From: an uncultured Oligoflexia bacterium
GTDB lineage: Bacteria; Bdellovibrionota; UBA1018; UBA6935
Length of the DNA: 64,000 nt
Direction: 5' to 3'
NCBI GenBank assembly: GCA_964013565.1
Contig: CAXGWU010000001.1
Span: 93,601-157,600 of the forward strand
Shown: one piece after another, positions 9,798-18,464 of the stretch
How the letters are laid out: each line of letters starts with the position of its first letter
Position numbering within the stretch: position 1 is the first letter of the stretch
The notes under the pieces: generated by a model
Database searches by the model: none
Told to the model about the DNA's origin: nothing
What the model saw: only the letters and a program-made list of their open reading frames with translations
Made by a program: the position numbers and the translations under genes

Positions 9798-11288
9798 CTA
9801 TTTTCCTCTCATGAGTGCAATTGCATCTTCTTCTGAATCAATAAGATGAATTCTTCTTTTTAACCATTCAGGGTAATGATCAGAGATTAAGTTTTTAAGT
9901 AACGGTTTATAGAATTCGCTATTTATAAAAGCTAATTGAGAGCGCTTATTTGGATTTCCAGAAAAATCAACAAAAGTTGTTGCTAGTTCTTTCATCGTTC
10001 CATTGCCTCCAGGTCCTACAAAAATAAGGTCTTTGTCGTGCAGTAAAAAAGGAATTCGTGTTTCATAATCCATTGATTCAATGACAAATCTTTTATTGCT
10101 AAAAGAATAAGATTTCCCAATGATAATATCGATGGCAGTTCCTCCATTATCAATGCTTGCATTTGCTGCGGCTTCCATGAGGCCACCCCCCCCACCGCTT
10201 GATAAGATATATTTATTTTTTGCAGAAACTTTAGCTACGAGTTGAACTAGTTGTCTCCAGCGATAGTCAAACGAACTAGACCCAAAAAAAACCGCTTTTT
10301 TATGATCTTTCAAACTTTCAGAAATATAATCTATATCTTCAATTCCAGCTAAGTAATTAGAGATGATTAATTTAAAACTATAATCAAATTGATGACTAAA
10401 CTTTTCTTCGTTGAAAGGAATAATGCTTTTATATCTATTGGGACCCGGAGTAATAAAACTTAAGTCATTTTTAATTTTTAAGTATGAAGACTTAAATTTT
10501 CCTAATGCTTTGAAATTTAAAAAGTCTGAATCCCATTCATTTTTATAGTTAATGAGGAAATCTAGTTTATCGATTAAATGAAGAGCTAAGGCTGTAACAG
10601 AACGAGTATCACCTACTGACTTTCCTATAGAAAAAGCTTTAAGTCTTAAGTAAGGATTTTCAATTGCAATGATGTTTTCATTTAAATTTTCTTTATTTGG
10701 GTCCGCAGTAATGCCTACTCCAAGTTTCCCTAATGTTTTTTGTATATCTTTCGCTGATATTGAATCTGCATCGTAGAAAAATATTTGAGAAAAATTAGAT
10801 AGTGTTTTTTTGAGTGAATTGAGATCGACTGTGGTTGGGTAATCGGTGGTTCCAAAAAGAAGAGTGTATGGATTCATATTGGAAAACGAATCTAACCACT
10901 TAAATCTCATAAGATCTGAAAGAAATGATTTTGATTGATCTTTTCTATCTAATTTAAAAATTTCCTCTATTGATAATTCTTGAGGTTTACTACTTTTTGA
11001 TGGAAGTTTTCTATTCTTGTTTTCGTAATGACTATTGGAATAACCTTTATAAGAATATGGGCTGTCTGTATCTAGACTTGTAACTGGAGATTGATAATCA
11101 AATTGGTATGTGTTGTTAACAGCAATCTCACTTATATCAGGAACTTCATCAATTTTAGGTGGTTTGATTCCGTGAATTCCAAAAACTAAAGCGCATTGAG
11201 AAGAAAATAAATGGTCCAAATTAGAAGTAGCGTTGGATGTTAATGTATAGATGATACCTACTATAGATATCAAAAAAAGATTTTTCAT
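9798..11288 (-). CDS. exported tandem LOG/TIGR00730-like protein (degenerate N-repeat plus intact C-repeat)
   Basis: Signal peptide MKNLFLISIVGIIYTLTS. The C-terminal domain carries both LOG signatures, SSGGGGGLMEAAANAS and VGPGGNGTMKELAT. Paralogue of 15189-16880 (YETRIPFLLHDK / YETRIPLLLHEK). The single Cys lies in an N-terminal CALVF. Confidence 0.65.
   Translation of the reverse strand: MKNLFLISIVGIIYTLTSNATSNLDHLFSSQCALVFGIHGIKPPKIDEVPDISEIAVNNTYQFDYQSPVTSLDTDSPYSYKGYSNSHYENKNRKLPSKSSKPQELSIEEIFKLDRKDQSKSFLSDLMRFKWLDSFSNMNPYTLLFGTTDYPTTVDLNSLKKTLSNFSQIFFYDADSISAKDIQKTLGKLGVGITADPNKENLNENIIAIENPYLRLKAFSIGKSVGDTRSVTALALHLIDKLDFLINYKNEWDSDFLNFKALGKFKSSYLKIKNDLSFITPGPNRYKSIIPFNEEKFSHQFDYSFKLIISNYLAGIEDIDYISESLKDHKKAVFFGSSSFDYRWRQLVQLVAKVSAKNKYILSSGGGGGLMEAAANASIDNGGTAIDIIIGKSYSFSNKRFVIESMDYETRIPFLLHDKDLIFVGPGGNGTMKELATTFVDFSGNPNKRSQLAFINSEFYKPLLKNLISDHYPEWLKRRIHLIDSEEDAIALMRGK
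10186..10193 (-). repeat. G8 homopolymer (C8 on the plus strand) inside the LOG GGGxG motif codons
   Basis: Direct read: ggccaccccccccaccgc. On the coding strand this is ggt ggg ggg ggt ggc, encoding GGGGG. Confidence 0.95.
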
Positions 11289-13237
11289 TTTATGTCCCCA
11301 ATAAAATTTTTCTCACATTTTTCCTCAATATCTCCATTAATTACTTCTTTTATAAATGTTTTTTTTATGTGAAGAGATTGAGCCCATTTATTTCCGAGTT
11401 CATCTAAATAGAGGAGTCTAGTTTCGGTATCTGTGGTTGTCGGAATGAGATGACCGTAGTACCAAAGGCTCCACGTTCCATTGTGAAAATATAAACTATC
11501 TGGAGTTAAACCGTGAATATATAGATTTAAATGAACTAGATGATCAAAAAAATCCGCAAGTGCTGTCCATGCAATTGTTTCATGAATTGGAACCGCTGCT
11601 TTATTTGAAAGCTCTCTTAAAGAAACTCCTTGTGGTTCATCTATCGCAACAAAATAAAGACTGTTTCTTATCTTAGAAACAATAATTCTATTCTCTTGTA
11701 GGTGCAATAGCTCATAGTATGAAGGTGTTCCTGGGTCAAACCTAAAGATCACTTGTTTTAAATTTTTTTCTTTTTGAATGATTTCATATTTTTTCAATTC
11801 TCCAATGTTCACTTTTTTTGGCGAAGAATTAATAAAAGGAGGCTCTTTTTTTATGTCATTATTTTCATAATTTAATTCATTACTTTTTTTTCGTCTTTTC
11901 TTTTTGGGACCTTTTGAATGATTTTGGAAGTTTTGTTTATCTAGTAATTCTTTCCAAAATAAATCAATTTCTTTTTTTTTGCTTTTAAGTTCTTCTCTTA
12001 ACCATTTTGTTTTTAGTTTGTTTGAGTATTCATTTAGAGTTCTATGTTTGCTGAAAAAAGTTCTAATTGGTCCGCTATCAACTATTTGCCATTCTTTTCC
12101 ATCAAAAATAAGATTGTCAGGGTTTAATCCGGAGACATAAATGTATTTTTCAGAAGCTTTAATGAAAAATTTTTCTAGTGCTAATTTTTTTGGGTTATTT
12201 TTTGTGTCTAAAATTTTTTCATCGAGAATCGCTTCTCTTAATCGAGTTCCTTCAATGAAATTCATAAGTAGAGACTTTTTATCTGTACTCCATTTCACAT
12301 TAACTGAAGACAGACCGTTTTTTCTCCATTCTTCTGATAGCTCTATCTGTTTTTTGAAACTTTTTTGAATATCCGCACTATCGTTTACTGGAACTTTCCA
12401 AGCCCATAGTTCTCCATTTGAGTCCTTTAACTGATGAACTCTACCTGTTTTTCCAACGCCTACGGCTTCTTTTTCTAATGAGTAACCTTCCGGAATATCG
12501 ACCTCTTTAACTGAGTTAATGAGAGCTAATAATTTTTCCCAGTTTTTTTCTTCAATCAAATCTTTGGCATTTTGTAAGAACTTTCTCCTTTGGCTAACTT
12601 CGGTAATGGTATTGGCTTTTTTTAGAACTTGAAAATGAATTGGTTCGAGATCAATTTTTGGGAAAACATACCGACTCAATCGCCTGAGAGTTTTTGTGTT
12701 TGCTCGGCTTGTGATAATCCAAATTAATTCAAAATCATCTCTATAAGAGGATAGAGGAAGGATATGTTTTGTAAAAGATTCTAATTCATCTAATGGTATG
12801 ATCGCTGCTGTATAACGAAGAGAAGGAAGTAAATTTTTTTCATTACTTTGAGTGAATAGTTTAAAGAGTGTAGAAAAGTTATAAATTTTTTTGTCGCTTA
12901 AAATGCCAATTAGAACATTGTTATTGTTTTTTCCTTTTTCTGAATGCAAATATTGATTAATAATGATGTCTCTTAGACAGAAACTTTCTGTCGCTAGTTT
13001 AATATAAAATTTATCAGGTGGGTTGTTTTGTGATTTAATGATTTCATCAATGATAGCTATATTCATCGCTTTATATTCATTGCTTTTCGCCAAAGATAGT
13101 TTTTTTATAACCTGAGAAATCGCCTCCCACTGTTGATTTTCGATTAGTTTTTTGAGTCGATGTGGAACCACGGTTTGAGCATGTGCTGGTATGATAAAAA
13201 ACAGACAAGCTAAATATAAGAAAATTTGTTTTTTCAT
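11285..13237 (-). CDS. exported protein with two atypical protein-kinase-like modules
   Basis: Signal peptide ending AHA-Q. Module 1: GVGKTGRV (G-loop), WAWKV, LLMNFIEG (hinge), GLNPDNLIF, IVDSG. Module 2: FVAIDEPQGVSL, IHGLTPDSLYF. Lys-rich linker KGPKKKRRKK. C-terminal KCEKNF. Confidence 0.45.
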   Translation of the reverse strand: MKKQIFLYLACLFFIIPAHAQTVVPHRLKKLIENQQWEAISQVIKKLSLAKSNEYKAMNIAIIDEIIKSQNNPPDKFYIKLATESFCLRDIIINQYLHSEKGKNNNNVLIGILSDKKIYNFSTLFKLFTQSNEKNLLPSLRYTAAIIPLDELESFTKHILPLSSYRDDFELIWIITSRANTKTLRRLSRYVFPKIDLEPIHFQVLKKANTITEVSQRRKFLQNAKDLIEEKNWEKLLALINSVKEVDIPEGYSLEKEAVGVGKTGRVHQLKDSNGELWAWKVPVNDSADIQKSFKKQIELSEEWRKNGLSSVNVKWSTDKKSLLMNFIEGTRLREAILDEKILDTKNNPKKLALEKFFIKASEKYIYVSGLNPDNLIFDGKEWQIVDSGPIRTFFSKHRTLNEYSNKLKTKWLREELKSKKKEIDLFWKELLDKQNFQNHSKGPKKKRRKKSNELNYENNDIKKEPPFINSSPKKVNIGELKKYEIIQKEKNLKQVIFRFDPGTPSYYELLHLQENRIIVSKIRNSLYFVAIDEPQGVSLRELSNKAAVPIHETIAWTALADFFDHLVHLNLYIHGLTPDSLYFHNGTWSLWYYGHLIPTTTDTETRLLYLDELGNKWAQSLHIKKTFIKEVINGDIEEKCEKNFIGDIK

Positions 13238-15192
13238 TTTTTAAGGTTTCCAGGTGTTCCAAATAGGATTTGACATGTCGAAGTACTGTTAGAACTAAAG
13301 CTCTTATTTTTACGACTGTCATGATAAAAGAACTCTTTTAAAAAATTCATATCTGAAAGCATTTCAGTTTGAGTTTTGTCTGTAAAAAAATAAGTATAAA
13401 ATCCTTTATTGAGACGTGGAGTGTAGTCTACATTAACAATTTGCTCAGCGTTATCGACCTGAAAATTTGCGGCTTTGAAGTCTAACCAAATGTTTTGTTC
13501 TGCTGCAATTTTTTTTGCGATAAGCCATTGTTCCAATACCTGGTTTTTTATTTTTTTCGGTATTTCTTCAATTGGATTTTGAGAATATTTTGCTTCTAAG
13601 TTTTTTCCGTCAAAGTAAGTTTGTTCTACAATTACCCCTGTTGGATGTGCATAAAGTATTTTTGCATGCCTAAAATTTGGATAATTTTTTAGAATTCTAT
13701 CTTGTGTCCATTTTTGCAAAAGAGATTTACGTGCATTTTTTGGGTTTTTTGTAATTTTAATAACTCTATTTTTATCACTTAAAAATACTTGTACATTTCT
13801 ACCTTCTCCTAGATATCCTTTTAACTTATAGAGGACTGCATTATTAGAGGTTAGAACCATTGGGTAATTTGGATCATCGCTTTTTTTGATTTCCAGAGAT
13901 GAAAAAAAGTCATTTGCTCCCTCTAATGGTTCCAGATATTGCCAATCTTTCATAGCACTGAAGCCTTTTTGATGGACTTCAGATATTTCCTGAAATAAGA
14001 GTTCGTTTTTGTTTAAGTCTTTTTTGTTTTTTCTTATTTTTTCTTGATTTTTAGTGGTCTTCTTTTTTACTGGAATAATTGTTTCAGCAAGTCGTAGATC
14101 AGATACTAGTCCAAGGAGTGATATAACTTTTTGAGATAGTTTTATAGGTTTGTCACTATAAATATGAAGTGACGGTTTTGTTTTAAATTTTAGTCCTGTT
14201 TGTATAAACTTATGACGATGCTCTAGTAGATTGTGAACATGATCAGCATCCCAGTGATTAATTGCTCCTGGAATAGCGATTTGAAATCGTTGAATAGAAA
14301 AAAAATAATCAGTTTCGGTGAGTTTTTTAATAGTCTCTGAAGAGAGTTCTTCGTTGTTCCTGGTGTAATTGTTGATAATATCTTTAAAAGAAGAGTTTCC
14401 ATCTACTCTTTTTGATCTCAAATATCTGAAATCTACAAGTTTCAGGAATTGAGTTGCTTCAGATTTATTTAGGTTTTCACAAATGGCTCTTAAAATTGCT
14501 CTGGGAATTTTTCCAGACATACTTGAATCCATAAATACTAAGCCATTTTTTAATAATCTCTCTTTTGTTAGTCCGATGGAATTTAATAAATGGTAAATTT
14601 CAGAAGTTTGATGGTTGAAGATTAAGTCTCTTATTTTCCTTGATACATTAAGGGTGTAAAGAAAATTTTTATCTATAGATTTTTTTAAAGAGATAAAAAG
14701 ATATGGAGCCGTAAAGTCTCTTCCTATAAAAAATAAATTTTTATTATTAAAATCTCTTTTGATTTCATTTTCTATTTGAGCGATTACAGGAATGATGACT
14801 TCTGTTTCGTATTCTTGAGTGTAACGAATAAGTTGATCTGTTATTTTTTTAGAATCAATTGAATCTAAAGAAACAACACCGATTTTTTTGTCTAATTCAA
14901 GAGCACTATTTTTAAGTTTTGAGCGTTTATTTGACCAATGAAAAAAGAGTTCATTGAAAAACTGAGTTTTTTCTTGAGTCGTTAGAGTTTTAACTTCTTC
15001 TAAAATTAAATAGATGTCATTACGAATTGACTCTAAAATATCGGTTTGAATCCATTTTTTAAGAAATTCATCGTAGCTATTAGAGTTTTGGGCTTGAAGA
15101 GCTGATTCATAGTGATTTTCTATTACATCGCTGGAAAATACATTAGTCTCAGTAAAGCAAAATAATAGAATAAATAAAATTAATTTATTCAT
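13234..15192 (-). CDS. exported fusion of a GRD-family (PRTase-like) N-domain and an ePK-like kinase C-domain
   Basis: Signal peptide MNKLILFILLFCF. N-half: LFFIGRDFTAPYLFISL and GLVFMDSSMSGKIPR. C-half: LGEGRNVQVF (GxGxxxxV), VIKITK (VAIK-like), VIVEQTYFDG (hinge), WLDFKAANFQV (DxKxxN), NVDY (DFG-like). C-terminal TCQILF. Confidence 0.55.
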   Translation of the reverse strand: MNKLILFILLFCFTETNVFSSDVIENHYESALQAQNSNSYDEFLKKWIQTDILESIRNDIYLILEEVKTLTTQEKTQFFNELFFHWSNKRSKLKNSALELDKKIGVVSLDSIDSKKITDQLIRYTQEYETEVIIPVIAQIENEIKRDFNNKNLFFIGRDFTAPYLFISLKKSIDKNFLYTLNVSRKIRDLIFNHQTSEIYHLLNSIGLTKERLLKNGLVFMDSSMSGKIPRAILRAICENLNKSEATQFLKLVDFRYLRSKRVDGNSSFKDIINNYTRNNEELSSETIKKLTETDYFFSIQRFQIAIPGAINHWDADHVHNLLEHRHKFIQTGLKFKTKPSLHIYSDKPIKLSQKVISLLGLVSDLRLAETIIPVKKKTTKNQEKIRKNKKDLNKNELLFQEISEVHQKGFSAMKDWQYLEPLEGANDFFSSLEIKKSDDPNYPMVLTSNNAVLYKLKGYLGEGRNVQVFLSDKNRVIKITKNPKNARKSLLQKWTQDRILKNYPNFRHAKILYAHPTGVIVEQTYFDGKNLEAKYSQNPIEEIPKKIKNQVLEQWLIAKKIAAEQNIWLDFKAANFQVDNAEQIVNVDYTPRLNKGFYTYFFTDKTQTEMLSDMNFLKEFFYHDSRKNKSFSSNSTSTCQILFGTPGNLKK

Positions 15193-16880
15193 CTTTTATT
15201 CCTCTTTTTATTAAAGAAATAAATTTCTTCATCTAAAAGGCCAAAGCTGAAGAGGGTCTCTATAGTGATTTTTAATTCAAAATCGTTTTTGACAAAATGA
15301 ATTCTATCTTTAATGAATTGCGGAATTGATGAGCTGTCGATTTGATTTTTTAAGCCACTGTAATAGTCATCACCCACAAAAATGATCTCTAATTTTTCTT
15401 TTGGGTTTTCTAGAAGTTTTAGAATCGTTATCCAAAATTCTTTCATGGTTCCAGAGCCTCCTGGAACAAAAACAACAAGTTGTTTTTCGTGAAGAAGGAG
15501 AGGGATTCGGGTTTCATATCCACTACTCGAAACGGTAAGAGAATGATGTTCTTTTTCTACTTTTTTTTCTGTTTTTAGAGTGTGTTTACCCGTGATAGGG
15601 ATCCCAACTGATGGAACATGAGATGATATTGCTGCAGTATTTGAAGTTTTCATGGCACCGCCAGCTCCGCCAGTCGTGATGCTAATATCAAGAGATCCTA
15701 AGGCGAGACCAGATTTGAAAATAAGGTTCTCAAAAGGATTCTCATCCCTTCCCGTTCCAAAAACTGCAGCTCCTCTTACTCCTGTTAAATCTTCTTGTCC
15801 GATTAGAAGTTCAGTAACTTCTTTGACGATATGATCAATTTGATAATCAGAAAGGTCTGAAAGAGTTATTTTTTTTGGTTTAAATTGTTTTGTAATTATT
15901 GGGAAAATTTCTGTCTCAACGTGAGGAGAGGTACGAATAGGCTCTCCTGCAAGGTCAAATTCTTGATTAAAGTAACTTTTACTGTAGATAGGAGATGAAG
16001 GGATTTTTTTAATCGCTGTAGTAACGGTTGTAGCTTGATCAAAAATAGGTATTTCTTTAGTTCGAACTCCCATGTTTATGTTCATAAGATCTAAGTCTTG
16101 TTTCCATTGATGAAGAGAAAAGTTCCATTCTTTTTTTGGATCAAAAATAATGTCTATTTCATTATTGAATAATCCCGCAAATCCAGTTGTGGAGTCAGGA
16201 GTTGTAATTATTTTTTCCGAGGTGTTAAATAAAGCCTGTGCTCTTAAGTAGGTGTTTTTAATGTAAACTTGGCCTCTTTGTTTTGTTGGTTGATTAGAGA
16301 TACCAAAAGATGATTTTTGAGCTAGAGATTGAATTAGTTTAGCGTAAGGACTATTTGATTCGTAGAGGATAAAATATCCACGAGAAATAAATTGAGAAAC
16401 TAATTCGGTCAATTCAGTTTGCATTTGAGGATCAGGCTGTGTTCCAGAAGTCCCTGCAAGAATCGTCACTGTTTGTTTTGAATTTAGTTTTTTTAATCTT
16501 TCTAGGTTGAGGTGATCTTGAATGTACTGACCTTCAGTAGTTAATAATACCAATTCAAGTGCTTTTAGGTTTTTTTCTCTGTTTGTTTTTTTTAGACGTT
16601 GAATCTCTGAAGTTATTTGAGCTATTTGCTTTTTTACCGATTGATTTTCTTTTTTTCCAGAATTACTAAAAATTTTTTTTAGTAATCCTCTTTGTTTTTT
16701 AGAAATTTTTTTAGTATTTAAAGACGTTAATTTTTTTTCTAATTCTTTAATCCGTTCTGACTCCTGATTTAGACTAGTTAGTCGTTCTAATGTGGATAGA
16801 CGACTTAAAAAATTTTCTTCACATCCGGCTAAAGAGAAGTGATGGGCAATTAAAGTTAAAATAATAATAAGTTTTTTCAC
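15189..16880 (-). CDS. exported (lipobox) coiled-coil plus tandem LOG/TIGR00730-like protein
   Basis: MKKLIIILTLIAHHFSLAGC (lipobox LAGC, then CEENF). Lys/Glu-rich coiled coil. Degenerate first repeat (TILAGTSG..ITTPDSTTGFAG). Intact second repeat with TTGGAGGAMK and VPGGSGTMKEF. Confidence 0.65.
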   Translation of the reverse strand: MKKLIIILTLIAHHFSLAGCEENFLSRLSTLERLTSLNQESERIKELEKKLTSLNTKKISKKQRGLLKKIFSNSGKKENQSVKKQIAQITSEIQRLKKTNREKNLKALELVLLTTEGQYIQDHLNLERLKKLNSKQTVTILAGTSGTQPDPQMQTELTELVSQFISRGYFILYESNSPYAKLIQSLAQKSSFGISNQPTKQRGQVYIKNTYLRAQALFNTSEKIITTPDSTTGFAGLFNNEIDIIFDPKKEWNFSLHQWKQDLDLMNINMGVRTKEIPIFDQATTVTTAIKKIPSSPIYSKSYFNQEFDLAGEPIRTSPHVETEIFPIITKQFKPKKITLSDLSDYQIDHIVKEVTELLIGQEDLTGVRGAAVFGTGRDENPFENLIFKSGLALGSLDISITTGGAGGAMKTSNTAAISSHVPSVGIPITGKHTLKTEKKVEKEHHSLTVSSSGYETRIPLLLHEKQLVVFVPGGSGTMKEFWITILKLLENPKEKLEIIFVGDDYYSGLKNQIDSSSIPQFIKDRIHFVKNDFELKITIETLFSFGLLDEEIYFFNKKRNKR

Positions 16881-16930
16881 CGTTTATTTAGTCCTTTTTT
16901 AAAAGTAAGATTTGCTTTTTTTAAAATGAT

Positions 16931-18463
16931 TTATTTTTTATCTATTTGTGTAAAAATTCGATTACATCCAGTTTTTGTAAGATAATCTGAGATGGTTTTA
17001 GTGTGTTCCGAAATTTTCCCTCCAAATTTGTCGGAGTTTTTAAATTCATCTTCTCTTTTTTCAAACATAGATCTGAATTTTTCATCGTTTTCATAAAGCT
17101 CCCGAATAGCTTTTAGTTGATCGTCAGAAAGAGAAGGAGTGTTGCCTAGGACATAACGATAAAGTCGTTTATAATCTCTTCCTTTAATTTTCTGAGAAGC
17201 TCTTGCTCTAGTGATAGCCTGCATAAATGGGACAATGATTTTGTCTTTAAAATCTGTATTTTGAAATTGCTTTAACCATTGAAGGTAGTGATTTCCGTTG
17301 TTTGAGAGTTTGTTTGTGATTTCTCCGGGTTCATTTAAAGATTGTTCTATTTCAAAAAGGTTTTTTAGATGTTCTTTAAGTTGTTCTTGTTTTTTCTCTT
17401 CTTGAAGAGCTAATTCTTTTTTTCTTTGTTTTTTTCTTTCATTGATTTGTTGTGACGTTAGTGATTGATAAAGTTTTGAATTTCCATCTAAATCAATTTT
17501 ATAGAGTTTTAGATATTCATCTAATTTGTCTTTAAATTCATTAGATTTAATGAGTTCGATAATTATATAAATTTCTTGTAAAACAGTTTTTTTTGAAATA
17601 TTCGAAAATTGCACGCCAGAAATTGGAATAAGTTTTTCGTTTATTTCTTTAAAACCTAGCCATGAATCATGCCACTCTGAAGTCCTATGATTTATCCTAA
17701 AAAAAGTTCCATAACTTGTGCTTAATCGTGGAACCGGTACGCCGTCTATATGAGATAGTGATGATACGTTTTCGAAAAAGTTTTCCTGATCAAAGTCTTC
17801 GTTGATAGTATGTTTTAGGTTGTTGTCGCTAATATTAACAAACGCAATTTTTCCAAGAAGATCTTTTGGGTCTTTTCCTAGATTTTTGTAGGTTTCATAG
17901 AGATATCTCATCGTTAGCCTGGATTGGCTTGCTTCTCCTCCTCCTCCTCCACTGGTATAAGTTGGGCTATAGCTACTAAAATCATAGAGAACCCAAGGGG
18001 CACTTTCTGTAATGGTATCGAAGTTAATGCCTAGAGACTGAGCATATCGAACAATGGTTTCTGAGGAAGAGTTTTTAAAACTTGGAGTACTTGCGTTGAA
18101 TCTTCCTGCGCGATTAGGCTCACCTCTCAGATAGTAAAACGCTTCCAGGGCTAGACTATTTTGGATGACATCTCTTCCAAGAGAAAAATATCTTCCTCCA
18201 GGAAAGGCTTTTTCAAAACTTACAATCATTCTGGCGATATTGTTTATAGCATTAGGGTAAGCATTAGCGATAAACTCTTGATTAAGCATTTTTTCATGAC
18301 TCGGCCATGGGTTGAGTACAGTGAGCATTTCTTCGATTGTGGGAACTGTTTTTTTTTGTACTAACTCATCAATTTGATTTTCTAATTGTGTTTGATCAGA
18401 AAAAGCAAAAGAAATGAAAAGAAAGTGGAGGCTAAAAAAAATAGATTTATTTATGAGTTTCAT
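16931..18463 (-). CDS. exported hypothetical protein, GRD-family paralogue (PRTase-like motifs, tentative)
   Basis: Start taken at internal Met MKLINKSIFFSLHFLFISFAF (signal peptide). This removes the overlap with the upstream gene. YFSLGRDVIQNSLALEAFYYLRGEPN and WVLYDFSSYSPTYTSGGGGGE. Single Cys in the C-terminal GCNRIF. Confidence 0.45.
   Translation of the reverse strand: MKLINKSIFFSLHFLFISFAFSDQTQLENQIDELVQKKTVPTIEEMLTVLNPWPSHEKMLNQEFIANAYPNAINNIARMIVSFEKAFPGGRYFSLGRDVIQNSLALEAFYYLRGEPNRAGRFNASTPSFKNSSSETIVRYAQSLGINFDTITESAPWVLYDFSSYSPTYTSGGGGGEASQSRLTMRYLYETYKNLGKDPKDLLGKIAFVNISDNNLKHTINEDFDQENFFENVSSLSHIDGVPVPRLSTSYGTFFRINHRTSEWHDSWLGFKEINEKLIPISGVQFSNISKKTVLQEIYIIIELIKSNEFKDKLDEYLKLYKIDLDGNSKLYQSLTSQQINERKKQRKKELALQEEKKQEQLKEHLKNLFEIEQSLNEPGEITNKLSNNGNHYLQWLKQFQNTDFKDKIIVPFMQAITRARASQKIKGRDYKRLYRYVLGNTPSLSDDQLKAIRELYENDEKFRSMFEKREDEFKNSDKFGGKISEHTKTISDYLTKTGCNRIFTQIDKK
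17936..17950 (-). repeat. (TCC)5 trinucleotide repeat, i.e. (GGA)5 on the coding strand, encoding GGGGG
   Basis: Direct read: tcctcctcctcctcc within gcttctcctcctcctcctccactgg. Confidence 0.95.
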
Positions 18464-18464
18464 T

